Below are positions 48,792 to 59,855 of a DNA stretch of 64,000 bases, piece after piece. The notes below the pieces were generated by a model. The model had not been told where the DNA came from, searched no databases, and worked only from the letters and a program-made list of their open reading frames with translations. Source of the stretch: Strigamia acuminata (lineage: Eukaryota); the NCBI GenBank assembly GCA_949358305.1, contig OX442314.1:12586001-12650000 (forward strand), written 5' to 3'. The position numbers and the translations under genes are program-made. The stretch's first letter is position 1; every line of letters begins with the position of its first letter.

Positions 48792-50060
48792 GCCAAAATT
48801 GCCGCCCCTGTCAGTGTGCCGCCCTGAGGCGGCCGCCTCTTTGCCTCATAGGTCGAAACGGCCCTGTTGGTTAATATGATATCTCGACGCCTTGTTGGTA
48901 ATTCTTTGTACGATAAAAGGGTAGAATTACTTCCTCGTTTGCATGCGGATGAATTTATTCGTCCTGACACGCGATCATTGTGTTATTTGTCCCGGTTTTC
49001 CGACCTGCACATGCACGAAGTTGTAGATAAAATTATCGATGTGTGTAAAAACCTGACCGAACTAGATTTAACACACTTTGGAGTTTCATCTGACTGCGTA
49101 ATACGATTGGTGAAACATTTGCCCAACCTACAACGTCTCCACTTGAACGGTAACGATGATATCTCAGATTGGGCTTTAGCCGAGATAATTGTGTGTAACG
49201 CGAAAATTGAATACTTAAACGTTAATTTTACCTCAGTCACAGCTAATGGATGTTTAGAACTCGTAAAAAATCTGCCTTTTCTAAAAGAATTAGATTGTGA
49301 TTTTACATTATTTCCACTCCTAAAAGAAGATTTTAAATCCAACAAAATGCTAAAGCCATATTCCCTCGAAAGTATACGTCTGCGTGAGTGGACTAATGAC
49401 GATCTCAGCATTGTCACACAAATGTTTCCAAATTTATGTTCGATTGAATTTGAGCGACCTACATTCACAAACTGCTTTTATGCAATAGTGAAATCTATAC
49501 TATCCAAAACAATGGGAAGACTTACTAGCTTAGACCTATGTGGAATTGGTCCAGTCAATATTCAGCAAATCGGCTTTTTCTGTCCAATGTTAAAAAGTTT
49601 ATATTTGGTCAATTGTTCAATGTGTGTTAAAACAACTGATTCTTACAATTTAAAAACCGTATCCAATCAGCTGCCATTCAGAAATCTACGTCAACTAACC
49701 ATTTTTGAAGTACCTGCTGAACAACAAGACACAATATCCGAACAACATTTGCAAATGTTATTTGTAAATTCCGTTAATTTAAAGAGTCTACACGTTTTGG
49801 GTTGTCAATTTTTTTCCGATAACTTGATCACAAAGATCGTCGAAATGAATTTACTGCAAAATCTCATGAAGTTGAGCATTTGTCGTTGTCACTCGATAAG
49901 TTCAGCAACAGTTTTTAAATTGGTATCAATGAAGAATCCTCTAAATGATTTATTAATTTCTAATTGCCAATGTATGAACAAACCAGCTTGTGATGTGATT
50001 ACAAATTATGTTCAAGTTTGCAATTTGGATCTTGAACTTGATCTTAAATACATAACATAG
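48516..50060 (+). pseudogene. LRR paralog 2 (subtype B), interrupted after codon ~36 by a MITE; the downstream LRR ORF (ATG at 48876) is still open
   Basis: MPRRKSASSLEELCLNTIAAHYDKLRLNNFPPVLVN, then the insertion with an in-frame TGA at 48651. Homology to paralogs 4 and 5 resumes at 48867. Confidence 0.85.
48623..48866. mobile_element. hAT-type MITE, 244 bp, inserted in LRR paralog 2
   Basis: 8-bp target-site duplication TTGGTTAA (48615-48622 and 48867-48874). TIRs CAGGGCCGTT / AACGGCCCTG. Internal C, A and T homopolymers. Confidence 0.92.
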
Positions 50061-50323
50061 GGTACATGATCAAATAAGCAAATCCAATGTGCTAAATGGC
50101 AAGCATTTATTTTCAATTCTCTCATTAATATGTCGAATTTTTCCATTTTTCTGAATTTGAGGTGTTCAAACATGTTTGTTAAAATACCGGTAGAGGAAAG
50201 TATATAACATACAAATCTATCCACTTATTTATAAATTGTAAAATATTGCTGCTTCTATAAATTACCCTATTGAAGAACAGTATAAAACATTACCGGTACA
50301 TGAAAGATGCACGTTCTCCCTAG

Positions 50324-50500
50324 AACTGTTTTCATCCTGCAGTAACATCCGTATTACACAAAACAATTAGACGGCTAACTAGTTTAGATGCGAGGGGTTA
50401 GATCTGTACAGTACTAGTCCGGTCAATATTCAGGCAAATAGGCACTTTTTAACTAGTGTTATGCCAAATGTGTGCTGAAACAACTAATTTGCCCAATCTA
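50324..50500 (+). pseudogene. Old, degenerate LRR-gene fragment (second copy at ~54699-54810)
   Basis: Translates NCFHPAVTSVLHKTIRRLTSLD..SPVNIQ, matching NCFNAIVASILSKTMGRLTSL..GPVNI of the intact paralogs, then breaks up. Confidence 0.7.
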
Positions 50501-51340
50501 TCGTTCAAAAAACAAAGCAAACTGTCAGTATGTGCAAGTTAGAAGTTGACTCCTGTAATGTCCAAACATAAGTAGATAATAAAAGACATCCTTTCAACAC
50601 GGTGCTAATTGCCACTTTAATCTTCTCCACCTTATTCCTCACCATTACACTTTGTTCACATGACCTAAGTACAGTCATCACCCAGTGGCGGCAAATACAA
50701 CTTCCAAACATCAACACCACAACTACTACTGCCAAATCTCAGAAAATTAGACTTGTTCAGATGTAATTAGAAAGAAAACTTTATTAAAAATGATGTTGTT
50801 TGATTCTTGTCCAAATTTCGATAAATAAACAGCAAACCGTCAAACGGTGTGGGTTTTTGAAAGTTTTAAAAGTATACACTATATGTTCAAAGTGATAATT
50901 TCGATCATCAACACGAAGGCGCCCCCTATTATGGGTTTCCGGTCCCTGGCATAACCAGTCCAATTTTTACTGACCACAGGTCAGCACATGTTTTTATAGC
51001 GATCCGAGAAAAAGTTTGTTCTTTTTTCCATTTTTCTTCGTAATCGCTGTATATTTTCGGTAAGATTTTTTATTTATTGTTTATGTTTTACGCTTTTTAC
51101 TTTTCTGTTAACTCTTGGCGTTCTGATGCCCAAAAAAAACGTGATTATCGTGTTCGGAGACGCGTGGCCCGTTTAGGCCTAACCGTTATACAAATTTTTT
51201 ATTTTTCAATCACCCGTTCGGCGGACGTTTCTCGTTCGGCAGACGTACCCGGCCGACGTTTTTCGTCATTTCTAACAAATTTTCTTTCGTTTTTCTTACA
51301 ATTTCCGATATTTTAAACAATTTTTTCTTCAGTTTTCGAG

Positions 51341-52645
51341 ATGCCGTTTAAGAAATCAGCATCGAGTTTGGAAAAATCGTGTTTGAACACAATCGCCGCA
51401 AATTACGCCGACATCCGCAGTCATCTTATTCGTTTTCCTGACACATTGATTAATAAGATATATCGACACCTTGTTGATGGAAAGTATCGTAATCGTTTGC
51501 ATCTGGATGATTTTATTCGTCCTAGCGCGATTACTTTAAACCTTACGTATGTGCCTACGCACGAACTTGTAGATAAAATAATCCGCGTTTGTAGGAACCT
51601 GACAGACCTAGATTCGTCGTGCTTGCAAGTTCCATCGGAATGTGTAATCACATTGGCGAAACATCTGCCCAACCTTCGACGTCTTAACTTGGAAGAAAAC
51701 AGTGGTATCACAGATTTGGTTTTAGACGAGATCGTTACGAGCAACCTGAAACTTGAATATTTAAACATTTGCAAAACGAATGTTACGGTTAATGGATGTT
51801 TACAACTTGTAGAAAATTTACCGTTTCTAAAGAAATTAGAGTCTGATCCCGATATGTGGAGAGACTTATTCAAACTCCTAAAACAAAACTTTAATCGCAA
51901 CGAAATGTGTCGCACATACTCTCTCGACGATGTAAAGCTGCAAGAATGGAAAATTGACGATCCCACCATCGTTGCACGAATGTTTCCGAATTTATGTAAG
52001 ATCGACGTTAATTTGCTACCGAAATTTGAATTTGCAGCCTGGAACTGTTTTAATGATATACTTGCACCAATTCTACGCAAAACAATGGAAAGACTAACCA
52101 GCTTAAAACTGTTGAGGATTGGTTCAGTCAATATTGAACAAATTGACATTTTCTGCCCAATGTTGGAGATTTTACAGTTGACCTATTGTTCAATCAGCGT
52201 TGAAACATCGCATAATTCAAAAACTGCGTCCAATCGGCTGCCATTCCAAAATTTACGTAACCTGGACATTCGTCAAGTACGGTATGACTCATTTACATTG
52301 ACGACGCCTACATTGATAGACGAACAAGATTTGCGCATGTTATTGCTAAATTCTATTAATTTACAAAGCCTGTCTCTTTTAGATTGTGAATCTTTTTCAG
52401 AGAGCGTTGTCACTGAGCTCATCGAATTGAATTTACTGCAAAATCTCAGAAAGCTTACTATTATGATGTGTTTTTCGATTAGTTCCGCAACAGTTTTAAA
52501 ATTGCTATCAATGAAAAATCCACTCAATTATGTGTACATTGCTAATTGTCCAAGTATCGACGATGCAGCTTGGGTTAGAATTGAAAATTACATTCAAAGT
52601 GAGAATTTGGATCTTGAGCTTCATCGTCCCGAAACATTTGCATAA
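51341..52645 (+). CDS. BC-box/Cul2-box LRR protein, paralog 3 (subtype A), 434 aa
   Basis: Intact ORF with SLEKSCLNTI..FPDTLINKI. Closely similar to paralog 1. Confidence 0.9.
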   Translation: MPFKKSASSLEKSCLNTIAANYADIRSHLIRFPDTLINKIYRHLVDGKYRNRLHLDDFIRPSAITLNLTYVPTHELVDKIIRVCRNLTDLDSSCLQVPSECVITLAKHLPNLRRLNLEENSGITDLVLDEIVTSNLKLEYLNICKTNVTVNGCLQLVENLPFLKKLESDPDMWRDLFKLLKQNFNRNEMCRTYSLDDVKLQEWKIDDPTIVARMFPNLCKIDVNLLPKFEFAAWNCFNDILAPILRKTMERLTSLKLLRIGSVNIEQIDIFCPMLEILQLTYCSISVETSHNSKTASNRLPFQNLRNLDIRQVRYDSFTLTTPTLIDEQDLRMLLLNSINLQSLSLLDCESFSESVVTELIELNLLQNLRKLTIMMCFSISSATVLKLLSMKNPLNYVYIANCPSIDDAAWVRIENYIQSENLDLELHRPETFA

Positions 52646-53164
52646 TCAACTGTTCTTGGGTTAAACGAATAGTGTTCAATCAAGTCATGTTTGGGTTGTA
52701 ATAATTGTTCGAAAGGTATGTGATCTAGTCTAGATTTATAGTTCCCGTTGTTTTGTTTTGTTTTGCATTTAAATAAAAATCATTCGTTTAAGTTAATTGA
52801 TTACTCTTTCCTTAACTTTCCTTTTGTAATTGTAGTTTTCATTATTGACTTAAAAGCATTCAATAACATTTTCTACTGTCAATTATTGACTTAATTAGTA
52901 AAGAATACGTAAAATACATTTTAAACTGTCAATTTTAATAAATTATTTTATTCCCAACGTAAAGTATTTTTAGCTTCATTCTTTATCTTTAACTAATTTG
53001 AAAGTAAAAGGTCAAAATAAAATTTAAATTAGTTACGGTATGTGCAGAACACGTTTGGTGAACGATATGAATTGTCACTGAACGTCAATAGTGTGTTTAC
53101 AAGTTCTATTTAAGCGATGCTTCACGGATCATTTCGTTAAAGGCTGACCATTTAATATCGCGCC

Positions 53165-54463
53165 ATGCCCTGTAAAAAATCAGCATCGAGTTTAGAACAA
53201 TTGTGTTTGAACACAGTCGCCGTACATTACGACAAGCTACGCCTTATTAAGTTTCCACCGGCATTGGTTAATAAGATATATCCACGCGTTGTTAGTTATG
53301 CTCGGTACGATGAAAAATCGGCGTTTCGACATTGTTTGCATGCGGATGAATTTATTCGTCCTGGCACAAGATCATTGTGTGATTTGAACCGGTTTTCCTA
53401 TCTGCGTATAGACGAAGTTGTAGATAAAATTATCAAAGTGTGTAAAAACCTGGCAGAACTAGATTTAACGTTTCTTAAAGTTTCGTCTGATTGTGTAATA
53501 CGATTGGTGAAACATTTGTCTAACCTACAACGTCTTCATTTGGGCGGAAACGATGAGATCTCAGATTTGATTTTAGCCAAGTTGATTGTGTGTATGAAAA
53601 ACGCCAAAATTCAATTCTTAAGCGTTCAATCTACCAAACTTACAGCTAATGGATGTTTAGAACTCGTAAAAGGTCTGCCTTTTCTAAAACAATTATATTG
53701 TGCTTTCACATTATTTCCACTCCTGAAACAAGATTTTAAATCCAACAAAATGCTTACCCCATATTCCCTCGAAAGTATAAGACTGCTTGAATGGACATAT
53801 GACGATCTTAGCATGGTCACCCAAATGTTTCCAAATTTATGTTCGATTGAACTTGAGCCACCTACATTCACAAACTGTTTTAATGCTATAGTTGCATCAA
53901 TACTATCCAAAACAATGGGAAGACTAACTAGCTTACACCTATGTGGAATTGGTCCAGTCAATATTCATCAAATCGGCATTTTCTGTCCAATGTTAAAAAG
54001 TTTATCTTTGAGCGAATGTTCAATCTGTGTTAAAACAACTGATTCTTACAATTTAAAAACCGTATCCAATCAGCTTCCATTCAGAAATCTGCGTACACTA
54101 TACATTTCTGAAGAACCGGGTGAACAACAAAACACACTATCCGAAAAAAATTTTCAAATGTTACTTGGAAATTCCGTTAATTTAGAGAGACTGCACGTTT
54201 GGGGTTGTCAATCTTTTTCCGATAACTTGATCACAAAGCTCATCGAAATGAATTTACTGATGTTGACTTCCTTGGGCATTTGTCATTGTCATTCAATAAG
54301 TTCAGCAAAAGTTTTAAAATTGATATCAATGAAGAATGCACTAAATCATTTGTACATTTCTAACTGCCAAAGTATGGACAAACCAGTTTGTGATAAGATT
54401 GAAAATTATATTCAAGGTCAGAATTTGAATCTTCATTTTAGTGTTGGAGAATACATGACGTAA
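53165..54463 (+). CDS. BC-box/Cul2-box LRR protein, paralog 4 (subtype B), 432 aa
   Basis: Intact ORF with SLEQLCLNTV..FPPALVNKI, followed by LRRs. Confidence 0.9.
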   Translation: MPCKKSASSLEQLCLNTVAVHYDKLRLIKFPPALVNKIYPRVVSYARYDEKSAFRHCLHADEFIRPGTRSLCDLNRFSYLRIDEVVDKIIKVCKNLAELDLTFLKVSSDCVIRLVKHLSNLQRLHLGGNDEISDLILAKLIVCMKNAKIQFLSVQSTKLTANGCLELVKGLPFLKQLYCAFTLFPLLKQDFKSNKMLTPYSLESIRLLEWTYDDLSMVTQMFPNLCSIELEPPTFTNCFNAIVASILSKTMGRLTSLHLCGIGPVNIHQIGIFCPMLKSLSLSECSICVKTTDSYNLKTVSNQLPFRNLRTLYISEEPGEQQNTLSEKNFQMLLGNSVNLERLHVWGCQSFSDNLITKLIEMNLLMLTSLGICHCHSISSAKVLKLISMKNALNHLYISNCQSMDKPVCDKIENYIQGQNLNLHFSVGEYMT

Positions 54464-54698
54464 GGGTAAATGATCAAATAAGCAAATCCAATGTGCTCAA
54501 TGGCAAGCATTTATGTTCAATTCGCTCATTAATATGTCGAAATTTTCCATTTTTCTGAATTTTAGGTGTTTAAACATGTGTATACAACATAAAAATCTAT
54601 CCACTTATTAATTTTAAAATAATACTACTTTTATAAATTGCCCTATTTAAAACAGTATAAAACATTGCCGGTACATGAAAGATGCACGTTCAACCTAG

Positions 54699-54810
54699 AA
54701 CTGTTTTCACCCTGCAGTTGCATCCGTATAACACAAAACAATTAGACGGCTAACTAGTTTAGATCCCTACAGTATTAGTCCGGTCAATATTCAGGCAAAT
54801 AGGCACTTTC
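54699..54810 (+). pseudogene. Duplicate of the degenerate LRR fragment at 50324
   Basis: aactgttttcaccctgcagttgcatccgtataacacaaaacaattagacggctaactagtttagat closely matches 50324 onward. Confidence 0.65.
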
Positions 54811-55538
54811 TACCTAATTGCCACTTTAATCTTCTTCACCTTATTTCTCACTATTTCATCTTGTTCACATGACCTAAGTACAATCATCACCCAGTAGCGG
54901 CAAACACAACTACAAACATCAACACCACAACTACCACTGCAAAATCTCAGACTAAACAATCAACCATAACATTCAAAAACAGCTTGACAAAGCAACTGAT
55001 AAATTTAACAAACTGAACAATCATGTATTTTGAAGAAGTTACAGCATAAAACATTGCTTCCAGACTTTTTAAAACATTATACTCCGTATAATTTAATATA
55101 AGTGAATTTACATCATTTCAAACACATAAAATAATCAAATTAATTAATGCCACATCCACAACAAAACTACTTTTCCTGGTGGAAGTGGAAGTGGAAGTGG
55201 AAGTATACAGGCAACAGTAAGGAGTAAACAGGCTCGGCCAATAGGAACTGGTCCCTTTCTAAAGATTGGTCAGAGTATAAAGCAATGACTGAAATAGCAA
55301 AAAAAAAGTAAAATTGCCAATATTTAAGTAAATGTATTTATTTCCAACATAAAATATAACATTTTTATTTAAATAATTTAAAAGTAAAAGGCAAAACTAC
55401 AATCTAAATTTGTTACGTGGAGTAACGTTTGGTTAACATTATTACAGCGTCAACATTACGTTTGTAGGTACTATTTACAGAATGGTTCACTGCAATATTC
55501 AATCATTCCACTGAGAACTGACCTTCTAATATCGCGCC

Positions 55539-56822
55539 ATGCCCCGTAGAAAATCAGCATCGAGTTTGGAAAAATTATGTTTGAAAACAATCGCCGCACA
55601 TTACGACAAGCTACGCCTTATTAATTTTCCACCCACATTGGTTCGTAAAATATATCCGCACGTTCTTCGTTATGCTCGATACGATGAAAAATCAACGTTT
55701 CGACATTGTTTGCGTGCGGATGAATTTATTCGTCCTGAAACGAGATCATTGCGCTGGTTGTACCGGTTTTCCGATCTGCACATACACGAAGTTGTAGATA
55801 AAATTATCGATGTGTGTAAAAACCTGGCAGAACTAGATTTATCATATCTTGAAATTTCATCTGACTGCGTAATACGATTGGTGAAACATTTGCCTAAACT
55901 ACAAAGTCTTCACTTGGACGGAAACGACGAGATCTCAGATTCGATTTTAGCCAAGATGATTGTGAGTATGAAAAATGCCAAAATTCAATACTTAAGCGTT
56001 CGATCTACCAAAGTTACAGCTAATGGATGTTTAGAACTTGTAAAAAGTCTGCCTTTTCTAAAAGAATTCGATTGTGGTTTCACATTATTTCCATTCCTAA
56101 AACACGATTTTAAATCCAACAAAATGCTAAACCCATATTCTCAAGAAAGTCTTCGTTTTAGTGAGTGGACAGATGACGATCTCAGCATTGTCACACAAAT
56201 GTTTCCAAATTTACGTAGGATTGACTTCGAGCCACCTATATTCACAAACTGCTTTAATGAAATAGTTTCATCAATATTATCCAAAACAATAGGACGACTA
56301 ACTTGCTTAGAACTGTTTAGGATTGGTCCTGTCAATATTCAGCAAATCCGCTGTTTCTGTCCAATGCTAAAAAGTCTATCATTGTTCTATTGTTCAATCT
56401 GTGTTAAAACAACTGATTCTTACAATTTAAAAACCGTATCCAATCAGCTTCCATTCGGAAATCTACGTCAACTAAACATTTTTGAAGAACCTGCTGAACA
56501 ACAAAACACAATATCCGAACAAGATTTGCAAATGTTACTTGGAAATTCCGTTAATTTAGAGAGGCTACACGTTTGTGGTTGTCAATCTTTTTCCGATAAA
56601 TTGATCACAAAACTCATCGAAATGGATTTGCTGATGTTGACTTCCCTTTGCATTTGTCATTGTCACTCGATAAGTTCAGCAACAGTTTTAAAATTGGTAT
56701 CAACGAAGAATCCACTGAATAATTTGTTAATTTGTGAATGCCAAGGTATGGACAAACCAGCTCGTGATGTGATTACAAATTATGTTCAAGGTAAAAATTT
56801 GGATCTTGAATACATGTCATAA
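55539..56822 (+). CDS. BC-box/Cul2-box LRR protein, paralog 5 (subtype B), 427 aa
   Basis: Intact ORF with SLEKLCLKTI..FPPTLVRKI, followed by LRRs. Confidence 0.9.
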   Translation: MPRRKSASSLEKLCLKTIAAHYDKLRLINFPPTLVRKIYPHVLRYARYDEKSTFRHCLRADEFIRPETRSLRWLYRFSDLHIHEVVDKIIDVCKNLAELDLSYLEISSDCVIRLVKHLPKLQSLHLDGNDEISDSILAKMIVSMKNAKIQYLSVRSTKVTANGCLELVKSLPFLKEFDCGFTLFPFLKHDFKSNKMLNPYSQESLRFSEWTDDDLSIVTQMFPNLRRIDFEPPIFTNCFNEIVSSILSKTIGRLTCLELFRIGPVNIQQIRCFCPMLKSLSLFYCSICVKTTDSYNLKTVSNQLPFGNLRQLNIFEEPAEQQNTISEQDLQMLLGNSVNLERLHVCGCQSFSDKLITKLIEMDLLMLTSLCICHCHSISSATVLKLVSTKNPLNNLLICECQGMDKPARDVITNYVQGKNLDLEYMS

Positions 56823-57000
56823 TGTAAATCAAGCATTAATTCTCTCATTAATATGTCGAAATTTTCCATTTTCTGAATTTTAGGTGTTCAATAAACATGT
56901 TTCTTAAAATACCGGTATGAAAGTATAAAACATACAAATCTATCCACTTATTTATTAATTTTAAAATAATGCTGCTTCTATTAAATTCCCTATTGAAATG

Positions 57001-57546
57001 AAATTAGATTCTGGTCGCGACATGTGGAAAGACTTATTCAAACTCCTAAAACAAAACTTTAATCGCAACGAAATATGTCACACATACTCTCTTGAAGATG
57101 TAGAGCTGCAAGAATGAACAATTGACGATCCCAGCATCGTCGCACAAATGTTTCCGAATTTACGTTAGATTGACTTTCATCCGCCACGGGAAATTGAATT
57201 TAAATGCTGGAACTGTTTTAATGATATAGTTTCACCGATACTATGCAAAACAATGGAAAGACTAACCAGCTTAAAACTGTTGAGGATTGGTCCAGTCAAT
57301 ATTGAGCGAATTGCCATTTTCTGCCCAATGTTGGAAAGTTTAGAATTGAGCTATTGTTCAATCAGCGTTAAAACATCGCATAATATAAAAACTGCCTCCA
57401 ATCGGCTTCCATTCCGAAAACTACATAAACTGGTCATTCATCAAGTAACGCGTTTGCTGTTTACATTGATCGGCGAACAAGATTTGCGCATGTTATTTGT
57501 AAATTCCATTAATTTACAAAAGCTAATTGTTGTAAATACTCAATAA
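57001..57546 (+). pseudogene. LRR pseudogene (subtype A), truncated at both ends
   Basis: KLDSGRDMWKDLFKLLKQNFNRNEICHTYSL.. with in-frame stops TGA 57115 (TGG in paralogs) and TAG 57166 (AAG in paralogs). Lacks the N-terminus and the last LRRs. Confidence 0.9.
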
Positions 57547-57773
57547 TAAGTAATAATAAGTAATAATGTGGACTACGAAAAGCACATACTGTAGATTAAA
57601 CAATACATATACAAGGCTATAAAATCTAGTCAACTGACAATAAGCCAATATAACTAAAACAGGCAAGGAATAAGTAAAATACATTTATAGTGTCAATCGA
57701 AATAATTTACTTTATTCCCAACCTAAAGCATTTTTGTCTTCATTCATTAAATAAAGCCATCATAAAATTTAAA

Positions 57774-57864
57774 TTAGTTACGTGTAGGACCGGTTGGTGA
57801 ATGTTATCAATTGTAACTGACATCAACCGTACGATTAAACATTCTATTTAGGCGATGGTTCACT
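57774..57864 (+). promoter_or_regulatory. Orphan copy of the conserved upstream block of the LRR genes (no CDS follows)
   Basis: tagttacg..ttggtga..caattgtaactga..ttctatttaggcgatggttcac matches the blocks ending about 40-60 bp before the ATG of paralogs 1, 2, 4, 5, 7 and 8. Confidence 0.6.
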
Positions 57865-58008
57865 AATACCACGAAACTGAATGCACTCAAATCAACAAAA
57901 ATCATCGAAATCGCCTAATGTTTATTCACCTTATAATTAAATTACGAAAAATAAAATTGTTATTAAAATGAAAAAAATTTCTACTATTCATTTGCCGTTA
58001 CGTTTCAC

Positions 58009-58238
58009 CAGGGCCGTCTTTACACTTTTCAGCGCCCTGGGCTAATAAAACTCAAGCGCCCTTTGCCCAGCACTTTTCTGTGGCCGGCGCCCTTCTGTAC
58101 CCATCAAGCCTCTGTGCCCATCGAGTCTCTATGTGCCCGGCGCCCTTCTGTGCCCATCGAGCCTCTGTACCCGGCGCCCCCCTGTGCCCGGCGCCCCTGG
58201 GCTACAGCCCAGTTAGCCCAATGGTAAAGGTGGCCCTG
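58009..58238. mobile_element. hAT-type MITE, 230 bp, GC-rich, with internal tandem subrepeats
   Basis: 8-bp TSD CGTTTCAC (58001-58008 and 58239-58246). TIRs CAGGGCCGTCTTTAC / GTAAAGGTGGCCCTG (13/15 match). The empty paralogous site is at ~46340-46367. Confidence 0.93.
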
Positions 58239-58547
58239 CGTTTCACGATTAACCCGTTATAACGCTCTCGAAAAGATGCTTAACATTTCGATACATAAAT
58301 AGCAAATCGTCAAAGGGTGCGGGTTTTTGGAAGTTTTAAAAGTACACACTATGTTCAAAGTGAGAATTTCGATCGTGAACACAGAGTGCGGACCTTAGAG
58401 AGGACTCAGATTAGTTAGGGTTAGTAACCGTTTGGTGGTGATTAACAATTGTTACAGACGTCAACAGTTCGTTTATAAGATTCCATTTAAGCGATGGTTC
58501 ACTCCACTTACCTGTAATCATTTCACCGACCATCTTGTTGTGTTGAC

Positions 58548-59855
58548 ATGCCGTTTAAGAAATCAGCATCGAGCTTGGAAAAATCGTGTTTGAATACAAT
58601 TACGGCCCATTACGACGAGATTCGCCATAATCTTATCAATTTTCCTGACACGTTGGTTAATAATATACTTGTATATCTACACTCTGTTGATTCAGATTTT
58701 TGTGATCGTTTTCATCCGGATCCGGATGATTTTATTCGTCCTGGTACGAGATCTTTAGTCCTTTCGCACTGGTTTTACGATCTGCCTACGCACGAACTTG
58801 TAGATAAAATAATCCGCGTTTGTACGAACCTGACAGATCTAGATTTGTCAAGCTTGCTAGTTCCATCGAAATGTGTAATTACATTGTTGAAACATTTGCC
58901 CAACCTTCGACGACTGAACTTGGAGAAAAACAGTGGAATCACAGATTTGGTTTTAGCCGAGATCGTTACGAGCAACCTGAAACTTGAATATTTAAACATT
59001 TGCAAAACGAATGTTACAGTAAATGGATGTTTACAACTTGTAGAAAATCTACCTCTTCTAAAAACATTAGATTTCGAGTCCAGTATGTGGAAAGACTTAT
59101 TGAAACTCCTAAAACAAAACTTTAATCGCAACGAAATATGTCCGACATACTCTCTCGAAAATGTAACGCTGCGAGAATGGACAGTTGACGATCCCAGCAT
59201 CGTCGCACAAATGTTTCCGAATTTACGTAAGATTAACTTTTTTCCGCTACCGGTAATTATGTCCTGGAACTGTTTTAATGATGTAGTTGCGCCAATACTA
59301 TGCAAAACAATGGAAAGACTAACCAGCTTAGAATTGAACCATATTTACCCCGTCAATATTCACCAAATTGACATTTTCTGCCCAATGTTGAAGAGTTTAG
59401 AATTGAGCTATTGTTCATTCACCGTTAAAACATCGCATAGTAATTATAAAAATGAGCCCAATCGGCTGCCATTCAGAAATCTACATAAACTGGCCATTTA
59501 TCACCATCGGATTTTGCCACTTGTGATAGGCGAACAAGATTTGCGCATGTTATTGGTAAATTCCATTAATTTACAATGCCTGTGTGTTGTAGGTATTCAA
59601 TTTTTTTCCGACAGGTTAATCACAGAGCTCATCGAATTAAATTTACTACAAAATATCAGAAGGCTTAACATTATTGAGTGTAATTCGATCAGTTCTGCAA
59701 CAGTTTTAAATTTGCTCGCAAAGAAAAACCCGCTAAATTATTTGTATGTTTATGATTGTCGAAATATCGACGATCCAGCTTTGGTTGTAATTAGAAACTA
59801 CGTTCAAAGTCTGAATGTGGATCTTGAACTTAGTAGAAAATATACTAAATTCTGA
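58548..59855 (+). CDS. BC-box/Cul2-box LRR protein, paralog 7 (subtype A), 435 aa
   Basis: Intact ORF with SLEKSCLNTI..FPDTLVNNI, followed by LRRs. Confidence 0.9.
   Translation: MPFKKSASSLEKSCLNTITAHYDEIRHNLINFPDTLVNNILVYLHSVDSDFCDRFHPDPDDFIRPGTRSLVLSHWFYDLPTHELVDKIIRVCTNLTDLDLSSLLVPSKCVITLLKHLPNLRRLNLEKNSGITDLVLAEIVTSNLKLEYLNICKTNVTVNGCLQLVENLPLLKTLDFESSMWKDLLKLLKQNFNRNEICPTYSLENVTLREWTVDDPSIVAQMFPNLRKINFFPLPVIMSWNCFNDVVAPILCKTMERLTSLELNHIYPVNIHQIDIFCPMLKSLELSYCSFTVKTSHSNYKNEPNRLPFRNLHKLAIYHHRILPLVIGEQDLRMLLVNSINLQCLCVVGIQFFSDRLITELIELNLLQNIRRLNIIECNSISSATVLNLLAKKNPLNYLYVYDCRNIDDPALVVIRNYVQSLNVDLELSRKYTKF

Noticed and set aside
48650..48851. Rescue of paralog 2 by splicing out the MITE (donor GTGAGG at 48650)
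   Set aside because: The acceptor at 48851 gives a frameshift, and the acceptor at 48814 runs into an in-frame TGA at 48825.
48647..48970. Poly-Pro/Lys/Phe ORFs
   Set aside because: They are translations of homopolymer runs inside the MITE.
51421..52149. Long antisense ORFs within LRR genes (also 48983-49468, 58775-59305 and others)
   Set aside because: These are shadows of the sense coding frame. They have variable ends among paralogs and no recognisable motifs.
55181..55204. (GGAAGT)4 as an ETS-site cluster upstream of paralog 5
   Set aside because: It is a short simple repeat absent from the other paralog flanks, with no independent support.
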